Positions 38,689 to 49,820 of a stretch of 64,000 bases of DNA are shown piece after piece (positions within the stretch are counted from its first letter, which is position 1; each line of letters starts with the position of its first letter). The position numbers and the translations under genes were made by a program. The DNA comes from Octopus sinensis. Taxonomy: Eukaryota. The notes beneath the pieces were generated by a model. The model did not search any database. It was not told the origin of the DNA and was given only the letters and a program-made list of their open reading frames with translations. The stretch covers positions 9,920,001 to 9,984,000 of the forward strand of contig NC_043013.1 of NCBI RefSeq assembly GCF_006345805.1. Direction: 5' to 3'.

Positions 38689-39574
38689 TATTATTATTAT
38701 CGTTATTATCATTCATTTGTTTCAACTGATTTGGCAATAGCTCACACGGTTCAGCGGTTCCTTGACACAATGCCATCAATCTGTGTTCCTTTATATCGTC
38801 ATAACAATGCTTTCAGATTTTCTGCAATATCTATTTTCATGTTCGTTTATTCTGATACACTCGCCACACCCTGTTTTACATTTACTAACCGCAAATTGTA
38901 AACCTCCTTCCCATTATTACATGTATCTCCCAACTTCCGATTACCTGTAGATGCTGATCAACAGATGTTCAGAGAGAACAAGAAACACATCGACCTTATG
39001 CATCGGTCTTGTACATCAGTCAATATACCGAAATAAATGGTGATAGTGATGGTGGAAGTTGTGGGTCACGGTGCAGATGTCACTGATTCTATCATTTTTT
39101 TTTTCTTCTTACGTATTCATAGAACTCCATTCATTTATTTACATTATGCCTATATATAGTAAACATATGCAGCACTCAGCACTGAGTTAGATTCTCTTAG
39201 CAATTTTCTTAATATTCATAATCAGCGTAAAGCGGCGAGCTGGCAGAATCGTTTGCGGCTGAGTGGCAATTCGCCCGTGTTTACGTTCTGAGTTCAAATT
39301 CCACCGAGGTCGACTTTGCTTTTCATCCTTTCGGGGTCGATGAAATAAGTACCAGTCGAGCAATGGGGTCGATGTAATCGACTTAACCCCTTTGCCTGAA
39401 CTTGCTGGCCTTATACTAAGATTTGAAACCAATATTTTTAATCCGGGTAAGGCGGCCTTCTGGGAGAATTATTAGTACGCCAGGAGAAAAAATTAGCGTC
39501 CGAAACTCAGAGTTTTATCTTGGCTATTGAATAATGGTAACATTAATTTACAGATATGTGTATGTATATGTATG

Positions 39575-39647
<73 letters not shown>

Positions 39648-40058
39648 ATGTATGGAGAGGGAGAGAAGGAGAAAGGCTAAAATGTACGTACGCCGCTGTG
39701 TGTGTGAGTGTTTGTGTGTAGTGTTTATATGCTTAAACTGTAACAGACATAAATGTGTATAAATAACATTTCCTAATACTTATTGCTCATAATATATCTG
39801 TATATTGTACTTCTATCTTAATAACATGCAGATTTCATAATACGTTATCGTAAACACAGAAAATACAAATATCAATATCATTATATTTGCAAATATTGAT
39901 ATTGTATGAATATCAATATTATTACTTGGATAGATATGAATCATTTGCTTGTATTTTTTATTTCATATATATATATTAGACTGGCGCATACGTGCATACA
40001 TGCATACATATCTATCTACCTGTCTATCTATCTATCTATATATATATATATATATATA

Positions 40059-40091
<33 letters not shown>

Positions 40092-40239
40092 TGATAGATA
40101 GATATATATTGATAGATAGATAGATAGATACACAGAATGAATGGATGGATGGATCGATCGATCGATAGATGATATACGTTGTTAAATGCAATGAGTACAG
40201 CAAAGTGCATTTTTTCGCCCAAAGGCCTTACTTATTTGT

Positions 40240-40720
40240 GTGTTTTTTTTAGTCTAAAATATACTTTCCTTCATTTTCTACATTCCTTCATTTTCTACAA
40301 TGCTCTTCCATCTGCAAGGCCTCTCTTCCAAAATTCACTTGTCTCTGACGTAAAATACTCCTCCAGTACTGTTCTAACCTCGTCTAAAGAATCCATATAT
40401 TTTCGGTCCAAATGTCGACGCTTTACATCTTTATAGAGAACCCATTTCTCGTCACCAGTCACTATTCGGTCACCTAAAAATTTCATTCCTGAAACATGAC
40501 AGCAAAGAACAGTACATGTCCTCTCTCTATGCGCGATTAGACTCGGATTAGATTAGGTGTCGATGAATGGTTGAAAGATCAGATCCAAGCTTGTCTGCTA
40601 GTTCCTCAACAGTTACGAGGGGATTTTGTTCCACCAGGGTTTGCAGGACGTCTTCGTCAAGATCTACAAATCTTCCAGGCGAAAATCGTTTTCTAGGCTG
40701 TATTTTCCGGCTCGTCTTCT
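40240..40720 (-). mobile_element. Deleted mariner transposase remnant
   Basis: Minus frames DLDEDVLQTLVEQNPLVTVEELADKLGSDLSTIHRHL (HTH region), DRIVTGDEKWVLY, EEYFTSETSEFWKRG. Confidence 0.85.
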
Positions 40721-41445
40721 ATAGGCTGTATTTGATACTGGCTAACTCCCTGAATGCTTATTTTGTATGTGAATGTGCATACAATCCATCTGTTAATGTC
40801 CACAAATGCTCGCAGGGGAACTTTCATGCATTTATTTTCCTTTACACTATTGTGAGTTTCAGTGTCATTCAAGCACATATTAACGTGCGCACGCTCACAC
40901 ATAATTATGGGTGATGGTATAGGTGGAACACTAGTCCATTACACATACGGACTTGTTAAGATAAAAATGGGGAAACTCCTTTCATTTTTGGATAAAATCA
41001 CGGTTGATAGTATAGTTATTGATTGTAAAATTCTCACTGTCTGTGTCACTCTTAATGACAGAATACATACATACGTATGCATGTATGTACATACCCAATT
41101 ACATAATACATACATAAAAAGTCACATCTATAAGAAAGAACATATATATATAAACACATGCATACGTTACGTCTGTTCTTCTCCGCGTGAGACACGCACA
41201 TGCTTACTCACACATACACACACACTTAGTGTTTTATATACATTTATATCCACGTGTGTGGGTGTGTCTGGGGATGTGTGCATGTGTGAGAATGTGTGCT
41301 ACTAGAAACCGAAACCCACAAACGTTTGTGAAAGTTCTGTGACATTCGGCCTCTCAATCAATCTTTTAATATATAAAAACTTTAATGTACACAGTATAAA
41401 TGATACGACCTACTTATGGTTTCTTGCCTTGGAGACAGATTCTAG

Positions 41446-41829
41446 ATGGAAGCACTCCGTCGGTTACGACGACGAGTGTTCCGATTGATCCGATCAACGG
41501 AACAGCCTGCTCGTGAAATTAACGTGTAAGTGGCTGAGCACTCCACAGACACGTGTACCCTTAACGCAATTCTCGGGGATATTCAGCGTGGCACAGAGAG
41601 TGACAAGGCCAGCCCTTTGAAATACAGGTACAGCAGAAACAGGAAGTAAGAGTGAGAGAAAGTTGTGGTGAAGGAGTACAGCAGGGATCACCACCATCCC
41701 TGCCGGAGCCTCGTGGAGCTTTAGGTGTTTTCGCTCAATAAACACTCACAACGCCCGGTCTGGGAATCGAAACCGCGATCCTACGACCGCGAGTCCGCTG
41801 CCCTAACCACTGGGCCATTGCGCCTCCAC
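41446..41829 (-). mobile_element. SINE C with 13-bp target-site duplication
   Basis: AGACAGATTCTAG at 41433-41445 and 41832-41844. Confidence 0.92.
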
Positions 41830-42392
41830 AAAGACAGATTCTAGGCAGGTTTTATAATGTGCCTGTTGTGTTTTAACAATCTTCTGGTTTGCAGATACAA
41901 GGCTTGTTACGAAACCTGCCTAAACCTGTGCCTGCAAAGTAAGAAGCTACTATATTAATCTATCACTGGATGAAGTACGTTTTCATCGATCTTACTTGAA
42001 TGGAAGAGTAAAATATATACATAAAAACTACATACACACACAACTGCTTACATGTGCTGTACAAATGGCGGACGAGATACTATCAGTATTTAGACAAGAC
42101 GTATCGCTCTCCGCGTCCCTTTCTGGACTCATTAAATTATTTCTCTTTAATTACGTTGTCTTTTTCTTTAAAACTTTTCCCTTTCCTCTCCCATTTCTTT
42201 CTTCTCCTTTTCTTTCTATCATTTTGTATTTCCCGGGTTTCTCGAACTCGTTGTTAGTGTGTGCGAGTAAGTGTATGCGTGTGTATGTTTGTGTGTGTCC
42301 GTCTGTCTACCTGTGTCTGTGTACCAGCATCTACTTATATGCATGTATAATTTTGCGTGCGCTTACTCGTGTGTGTTTGTGTGTGTGTATGC

Positions 42393-42442
<50 letters not shown>

Positions 42443-42445
<3 letters not shown>

Positions 42446-42624
42446 CAAAATTAAGAAGAATGACCACTAAAGTGGACACTTAATATGCTAAACATAGACA
42501 TCAAATCACCATTACCACGAAGAATGTTTTCTTGAGAACACATTCTTCGTGGTATTGGCGATTTGACGTCTATGTTTAGCATATTAGGTGTCCACTTTAG
42601 TGGTTATTCCACTTAATTTTGTAT
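42443..42624. repeat. Near-perfect fold-back hairpin (89-bp arms, 4-nt loop)
   Basis: 42443-42531 versus reverse complement of 42536-42624: 8 differences; loop TTGA. Confidence 0.95.
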
Positions 42625-42711
42625 GTAACACATTTTTTTATAGGATTTTTTAAATATGCTAAGCCACTGGTTTGAATTGATTAATATCAATTTCTACCCT
42701 CATTTAATTTC

Positions 42712-42756
<45 letters not shown>

Positions 42757-42840
42757 TAATCCAAACAAGAAAGCACAAAAAACACAACGCGAGGACGTGG
42801 AACAAATACAGTATTATTGGACGCTCAGGAAAGAAGGAGG

Positions 42841-42875
42841 GTTTAACGTTTCGAGCAGAGCTCTTCGTCGGAAAC
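42841..42875 (-). ncRNA. Variant (U4C) minimal hammerhead candidate inside family F copy 42757-42925
   Basis: GTTT-CCGACGA-A-GAGC-TCT-GCTC-GAAAC-GTT-AAAC; stems I and II intact. Confidence 0.5.
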
Positions 42876-42945
42876 ATAGGAGAAGGAAAGATCCAGAGAA
42901 GGGAAGACAGAGGGAAAAAACGGTACACACGCGGTTACACACGCG

Positions 42946-42979
<34 letters not shown>

Positions 42980-43002
42980 TAGGCGCAGGACTGGCTGTGT
43001 GG

Positions 43003-43042
<40 letters not shown>

Positions 43043-43072
43043 TGTATGTGTGTATATATATATATATATATA

Positions 43073-43458
43073 TCTTTTGCTCTTTTACTTGTTTCAGTCA
43101 TTTGACTGCGGCCATGCTGGAGCACCGCCTTTAGTCGAGCAAATCGATCCCGGGACTTATTCTTTGTAAGCCCAGTACTTATTCTATCGGTCTCTTTTGC
43201 TGAACCGCTAAGTAACGGGGACGTAAACACACCAGCATCGATTGTCAAGCAATGCTAGGGGGACAAACACAGACACACAAACACACACATACATACGACA
43301 GGCTTCTTTCAGTTTCCGTCTACCAAATCCACTCACAAGGCATTGGTCGGCCCGGGGCTATAACAGAAGACACTTGCCCAAGATGCCACGCAGTGGGACT
43401 GAACCCGGAACCATGTGGTTGGTTAGCAAGCTACTTACCACACAGCCACTTCTGCGCC
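43073..43458 (-). mobile_element. SINE B, young copy
   Basis: Reverse-complement match to SINE B. Confidence 0.92.
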
Positions 43459-44215
43459 TATATATGTATATATACACACTTCTTACCACATAGCCACCTC
43501 CGCGCCTATGCGTCTATATATGCGTTTGGTTTTTGTTTTTCTTGCTCTGAACTTTGCACCATACGCGATCTCTCCCCACTTCCAATCACTTACACTCTTT
43601 CCCTCTTTTATAAATTTTACTCAAACCATTCTCCGCCATTTAAATTCTCTCTATCCCCTATCATTTTTTACGATCTCACACTTTCCCTCCCTTTACTGTA
43701 CATAGCTCCCTCTGTATTTCTTTGTCGTCTATGTTGTCCCCTCCAGTCTCTTGTCTCCCCACCTCCACTCTCTAGTTCCCTCCTCTACATTGTCCTCCTA
43801 CTTTCCCCACTACTCTCTCACTACTATAACTGTATTGAACCTTGCCTTATCACATTATTTATTCTGTGAAACCCCTCCCATGTCTACAAGCTTCTATTTA
43901 ATTCCATCCATCAGCTAAACTCGACTGAACAACATAGAGACGTCACGTGACTATATTTGTTTTAGAATTTATCACCGTTTGACTTGATTCTTTTCTTATT
44001 TAAATTCTACCCAAAGTCTACGATTATTTCCAACTTTTCACACATTTCCTATGTTTCCTTTTAAATTTCCGGCGTTCAGCCATCTTTACACACACACACA
44101 TACACGCACGCACGCACAAAAGAACACACACACACACAGAGGCACACAGATACACACATACAAACAAATACACACACAATCTGTTGAAAGCGTTTCTTAC
44201 GTTATTTCGTTTAAA

Positions 44216-44604
44216 TCTATATATAAAGCTGAAGTTGTCTGTGAATGGCAGGTTTGGTAGTCTTCAACTAACGCTACCTCCTCCGAGAGCCTGCGGTGCA
44301 AGTTGACCAAATTTGAAAGTATGATAGAAGAAGACTTGCTCTTTCTCCCATAGAAGAAAAAATTCAAATCGAACCATGTTAAGAGCGAAAATTATTTACA
44401 TCAAAAAGGTGCTTTTTTTTCTATGAAAAGCCCTATTTTTTACGATTCGTTGACTGCTGTGTCGCCATTTTTTGGTGTATTTCAACCAAGAAAATGTTCA
44501 CTTAAAGAGAATAACAAGCTACATAATGCAAAACTTTTACTTTTCAAAAATTCCAATTCTAAAGGGTCGAAACAAACCCGAGCAACGCTGGGCGATACTA
44601 TTAC
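44216..44604 (+). mobile_element. Lep1-like non-autonomous Helitron with degraded 3' end
   Basis: A|TCTATATATAAAG 5' end; subterminal hairpin CCCGAGCAACGCTGGG; terminal CTAG mutated. Confidence 0.55.
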
Positions 44605-45079
44605 TATTTGGATAATTCGTATATTACTGCCAAAAATATTTGTTATTCTTTACTAACAACTTTCATTACTTCTCTTCTATTCTGGCTGTCAGACTCTCTC
44701 TCTCACTCTCACACACACACACTCTCTCTCTCCCTATATCTCTTACGCTCTCTCTTTCTCTCTATTCCTCTATTTAAAGACATTCACAAAATCTCAGCCA
44801 CACATATATAAATATATAAGATATTTCATGCAGGTGCCTATGTATATATATATATATTATATATATATATATTATATATATATATATGTACATACATACA
44901 TACATACATCATACATATATATATATTCGAAGCGTTAAACAACCGATATATATATATGTATGTATATAGATATATATATATATATACATATATATTTATA
45001 TACATACACACATATACATGACAATTCTATGAATGTATATCGATATATACATACGAGCATAAAATTATGTGCATGTGTG

Positions 45080-45115
<36 letters not shown>

Positions 45116-45131
45116 ATACATACATGCATAA

Positions 45132-45177
<46 letters not shown>

Positions 45178-45640
45178 ATACATACATACATGCATAAATA
45201 CATACATATATATATTTATATCCCACCAGATGGAGTACATTTTTGTTAAATTTTCTATCACGGTACAATATTTTATATATATATATATCAATACGCACAC
45301 ACACACACACACACATATGTATATACACACACACATGCATACGGGGACACACACCTCACTATCCACCTATATATGTATCTAACCGTATCCCATTGAAACA
45401 TTACACATCCTAACGGCCGTGTTCTACTTTAAAATATTCGTTTTCATTACCCTGTCCTGATTTATTACTTTACATCTGTCGTCTCTATATGATTTATCAG
45501 GCCACCCACATATCTTCTAACACACACGCACGCACACACACACACGTACACATGGATGCAAATAGACATAAAATGTCGTATGTGTGCGGATACATATACT
45601 TATATACATGTATAAATACAAAGATATGTATATATATATG

Positions 45641-45715
<75 letters not shown>

Positions 45716-45717
<2 letters not shown>

Positions 45718-45924
45718 TCTTTACTCTTTTACTTGTTTCAGTCATTTGACTGTGGCTATGCTGGAGCACCGCCTTTAGTCGAGCAAATCGACCCCAGGAC
45801 TTATTCGTTGTAAGTCTAGTACTTATTCAATCGGTGTCTTTTGCCGAACCGCTAAGTTTCGGGACGTAAACACACCAGCATCGGTTGTCAAGCGATGTTG
45901 GAGGGACATCACAGACCTTCCCCT

Positions 45925-45988
<64 letters not shown>

Positions 45989-46158
45989 CATATATAGGAC
46001 GGGCTTCTTTCAGTTTCCCTCTACCAAATCCACTCACAAGGCTTTGGTTGGCCCAAGGCTATAGTAGAAGACACTTGCCCAAGGTACCACGCAGTCGGAC
46101 TGAACCCGGAACCATGTGGTTGTAAGCAAGCTATTTACCACATAGCCACTCGTGCGCC
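45716..46158 (-). mobile_element. SINE B, full length
   Basis: Reverse-complement match to SINE B. Confidence 0.9.
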
Positions 46159-46559
46159 TATGTTTTTTTTTTTTTGTCTGAATACTTTTTAAAATTATAA
46201 ATTGGAAATTTAAAAGAAACGCTTATCGTCATGTTCCTTCGTTTAGAAACCTTTGTGGACATCACGTATGAAAAAGTATGCTTGAAGCCCACTTTTTTTA
46301 TTTCGTTTCTGTTTTTCTTGGTAATATTATTATAAACTTAATAATCTCCAAACAAATGACGTCATGAAATTGAGTTGCTGTTTAAGCAATGTTCTAAAAT
46401 AATACTTTTAATTAATACATTTTGATTAATGTTTTTGACCACTATAAGTGTATGCGCGTTGATTCATTTTGTACGCGTCTATGCAGACGCATACACGTAC
46501 ATATACGCTTATATATATATCTACTCACATAAAGAAATATAGACACGCATCCGCACATA

Positions 46560-47240
46560 TTAAATCATATATCAATAAAGCCATTTTTTTCTTGAACCAG
46601 AACGAAATTCATTTCTTTTGTTCATACTAATGGTGCCTTGATTCAAAATCCTGAATTTTTCGCTCAAACAAAGTTCGCACCTCATCTTTGATTTGAAGCT
46701 CACATTCCTGCAATGTTGCGAATTATCAATAATAGATCAGGTAATTTTGTATTTATGAGGGCCTGTTTCACACATGAACCATATAAACTTCATCAAAGCT
46801 GTAGCACATTTTCTGTCAGGGCTGACTAATTAATGTTTAAGCTTGTAAGTTTGGTTTTTGATTGTGGGTTCCATTGCTCCAATATATATTTTAGGCTGAC
46901 AATGGCTGTTTGATTCAACCTTTGCTCTGTATACTATCGATTTCGCTGGGCTGTTACTGTCTTTTGAACAGTTCTCCAGAGTTCTAAAGTTGCATGCGTT
47001 TTGTTGGTTAGCTGTTTGCGTCTGTCTTCTATTCAGCTTCGCGGCATTACAACCTCTGATACAACACCCGAAATTTTTGCAAGTCGAATAACCAACCATA
47101 ATACAGTACCTACTTAATATGTTTCTATACTTATGCCGTGGCGGAAAATGGTGATCTACTAAAGTAAGAAATTCTCTTGCTATATTATTGTTTACTACTA
47201 TGGTAAATACTGGATTGAACCATAAAATATTCCACAAGGT
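46560..47240 (-). mobile_element. Penelope-like element, linker plus GIY-YIG endonuclease remnant
   Basis: NILWFNP, IVYRAKV..IYIG (GIY-YIG), TALMKFIW, CELCLSEK, NKRNE motifs. Confidence 0.88.
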
Positions 47241-47410
47241 AAATGAGAATTTAGTATATGTACATAGACAATCGAATCACCCAAATTAAATACTGAGGAA
47301 CTTGGAAGACAATTTTAGTAAGCGGGTATCCTCGTTATCTTCTGATGAGATGCTTTTATGGGGGCAGCTGGGTATTAACACGAGGTGCTTAGAAATAGTA
47401 GGAGTACGTG
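47236..47410 (+). mobile_element. Penelope-like RT C-terminal (thumb) fragment, inverted relative to the adjacent GIY-YIG part
   Basis: Plus frame KVNENLVYVHRQSNHPN*ILRNLEDNFSKRVSSLSSD. Confidence 0.75.
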
Positions 47411-48399
47411 GAACCTTGACTTAGACAAAAGGGTTTCGATACTTACAAAGATGAGAGATTTTATGTATAATATAAAGATGTTTTGATAGGGCAAGTTTGT
47501 AATGGCAACTAGTTGTGTTGGAATCAGAAGCAAAATTCTGAAACAAAATAACGAGAATTATTTTACCTAAATGCCGAAGGAACAGACAATTGCTTCAAGA
47601 TATTCCACCCGTGACCATTCATCTTATTCGTCTTTTTATCGTTTACTAGATTTAGTGTATCTCGTATTATATTAGCATATGTTAAGGCGACTAGTTGGCA
47701 GAACCTTTAGCACTCTGGACAGCATGTTTACAATAGTTCACCCGTCTTTATGCTCTAAGTTCATACTCCACCGGGGTCGATAAAAGAAGTACCACTCAAA
47801 TATTGGAGTTGATGTAATCAACTTTCCCCACATCAAAAGCTGCTGGCCCTGTGCTGAAATTGCAAGCCCTTATGTAGGCAAATGTTCTGTTTTAAAGCGG
47901 TACAGTATGATTTGAGGGAAAATCGGTTGCTATTTCTAGCAGGTAAAATGACTGTGTAACAACCATCTCACAGAGTTCATCATCATTGTTGCTATTACTG
48001 TTGCTTAGTCCTAGGTAGGGGTATACCAACTGTGCGAGTGTATGATATAATGGCCCTCCATTTGTGATTCTTTCGTCTATTTATTGCAATATCACAAACT
48101 GTATCCCAGGTTACGTTTTTCAATGTATTATTACATTTTTTTCAAGCTGGTTGGATATATTTTGCAGAAAATACAAGAAAAATTATTTCTAGTATTGTGA
48201 GCAACTATTTGGATGCTCACTCATTACTCCATTGCCACCTTTGTTGTTATTGTTGCCTATTTGGCCTCTAACCATTTTGTCTATTAGACACCATTAACGT
48301 CATGCTCCAATAACGAAACATTTTGCTCTTCGCATCTCACACACGCTTCCTTACTCCCTTTTTCTCCCTCTCTTTCTCTCTGACACACACTCACACTGA

Positions 48400-48560
48400 C
48401 ACGCACCTCGCAGCATCGCACTCTACTTGACAATAACACAACACAACACGAAGGCTTGACGCACTGCACTATTTTATACCCACAAAGTCTCGCCGCCCAA
48501 CACCACATCATATCACGGGACACAGCAACACATCTGATAATTTGAATCAACGAATGAACC
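48400..48560 (-). promoter_or_regulatory. Possible Pol II promoter (TATA box plus GC box)
   Basis: Minus strand GGGCGGCG (48498-48491), then GGGTATAAAATAG (TATAAAA 48478-48472), in locally CpG-rich unique sequence; no clear initiator motif. Confidence 0.3.
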
Positions 48561-48723
48561 TTCACGTATTCATTTGTTCTGCTAGAAATAGTGACCAAAT
48601 AACTTTCATATCACAAATTGATGTAACAAAAATGGATACTCTTGAGAATGTGGTCTTCGGGTCACTGTACATAGGAAAAAGACGGGATTGTTAAGGCTGG
48701 GCACAAACACACATTTTAATGTG

Positions 48724-48755
<32 letters not shown>

Positions 48756-49071
48756 TTATGTATGTATATTTAAGGGTTTAGCAACAAGTTGCCTCATCAC
48801 ATACCGAAAATTTAGAAATAGCAGCCAAAGACAGCTAATTCTTTTCACTACAGATATGACCCCACAGATAACAATTTTTGTAACTCACATAGGCAAAAAG
48901 AAGAAAAAGTAACGAAATCGAAAAGTCTTCGATTAATTATGGACGCGTTTCTGGATTAGAATTATAAAAATTCATTTCCGTTATTAACATAATATTTCGA
49001 GAATTATAAATTTGAAAATGCTAGGAAACCTACCCTTTGAATCCCCGACCAAGTTTTCTTTCTGTAATGAG

Positions 49072-49124
<53 letters not shown>

Positions 49125-49269
49125 CAATCTGAACTTTTGCTTTTTCTGTAATATTAGTACATGTGTATGTAACACATAGTTATTACATGAGTATGTATTA
49201 TTCTAATACTTTCTAATACTTTGGAATAAATAGACAAACTAGATTGTCTACCGGCTGATGTATGTCGTT

Positions 49270-49750
49270 TTTGCATCATCTCTCAGAATATCATATCTGA
49301 CGACATGATATTCGGCGATCTTGCATTGTCATACCAAGAGCAAGGTCAAGGTTGTCCTTGGTGGTTGCAGTCGGAGTTCTCCCTGGTCTGGGATCATCTT
49401 CCACACTCTCCCTGCCACGCTTGAATTCATTTACCCAGCGTTTGACTCATGCATATGAAGGAGCATTTTCTGTTAAGGTTCTCACGATATTTTCATGGAT
49501 TTCTTATGGAGTCATGCCTTTGAAATGAAGGCACTTTATGACAGTGCTATACTCAGTTTTCTCCATTTTCCTTGTAACCTCGACCCTTGTTTATTCAGAA
49601 ATCTGCAAAAAAAAAAAAAAATTAAAATATCAGAATCATGAAAATGAGCAAGAATACTCCGCAAAGACTGTACTTACCATAAAAATTATTTTCAGCTATC
49701 TAACAGCCCAGTTTCTAGGTTAGGCACAAAACTTTTCATACACCTCTCGT
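49270..49750 (-). mobile_element. Mariner 5' fragment (TIR plus N-terminal DNA-binding region)
   Basis: MEKTEYSTVIKCLHFKGMTP*EIH...KRWVNEFKRGRESVEDDPRPGR; TIR-like end CACCTCTCG|TA. Confidence 0.85.
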
Positions 49751-49767
49751 ATATGCACATGAAATAT

Positions 49768-49820
<53 letters not shown>

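Noticed and set aside
43939-43951. GACGTCACGTGAC (CRE/E-box/CLEAR-like palindrome); also TGACGTCA near 46355
   Set aside because: Isolated short motifs expected by chance, with no promoter context.
48940-48965. GAAACGCGTC on the minus strand (hammerhead stem III/cleavage motif)
   Set aside because: No CUGANGA core or stem II upstream.
19408-49750. Mariner 3' fragment (19408) and 5' fragment (49270-49750) facing each other as if bracketing 30 kb
   Set aside because: Their TIR sequences differ (GTTCCTGGCTT versus GTTTTGTGCCT), so they are probably separate subfamilies.
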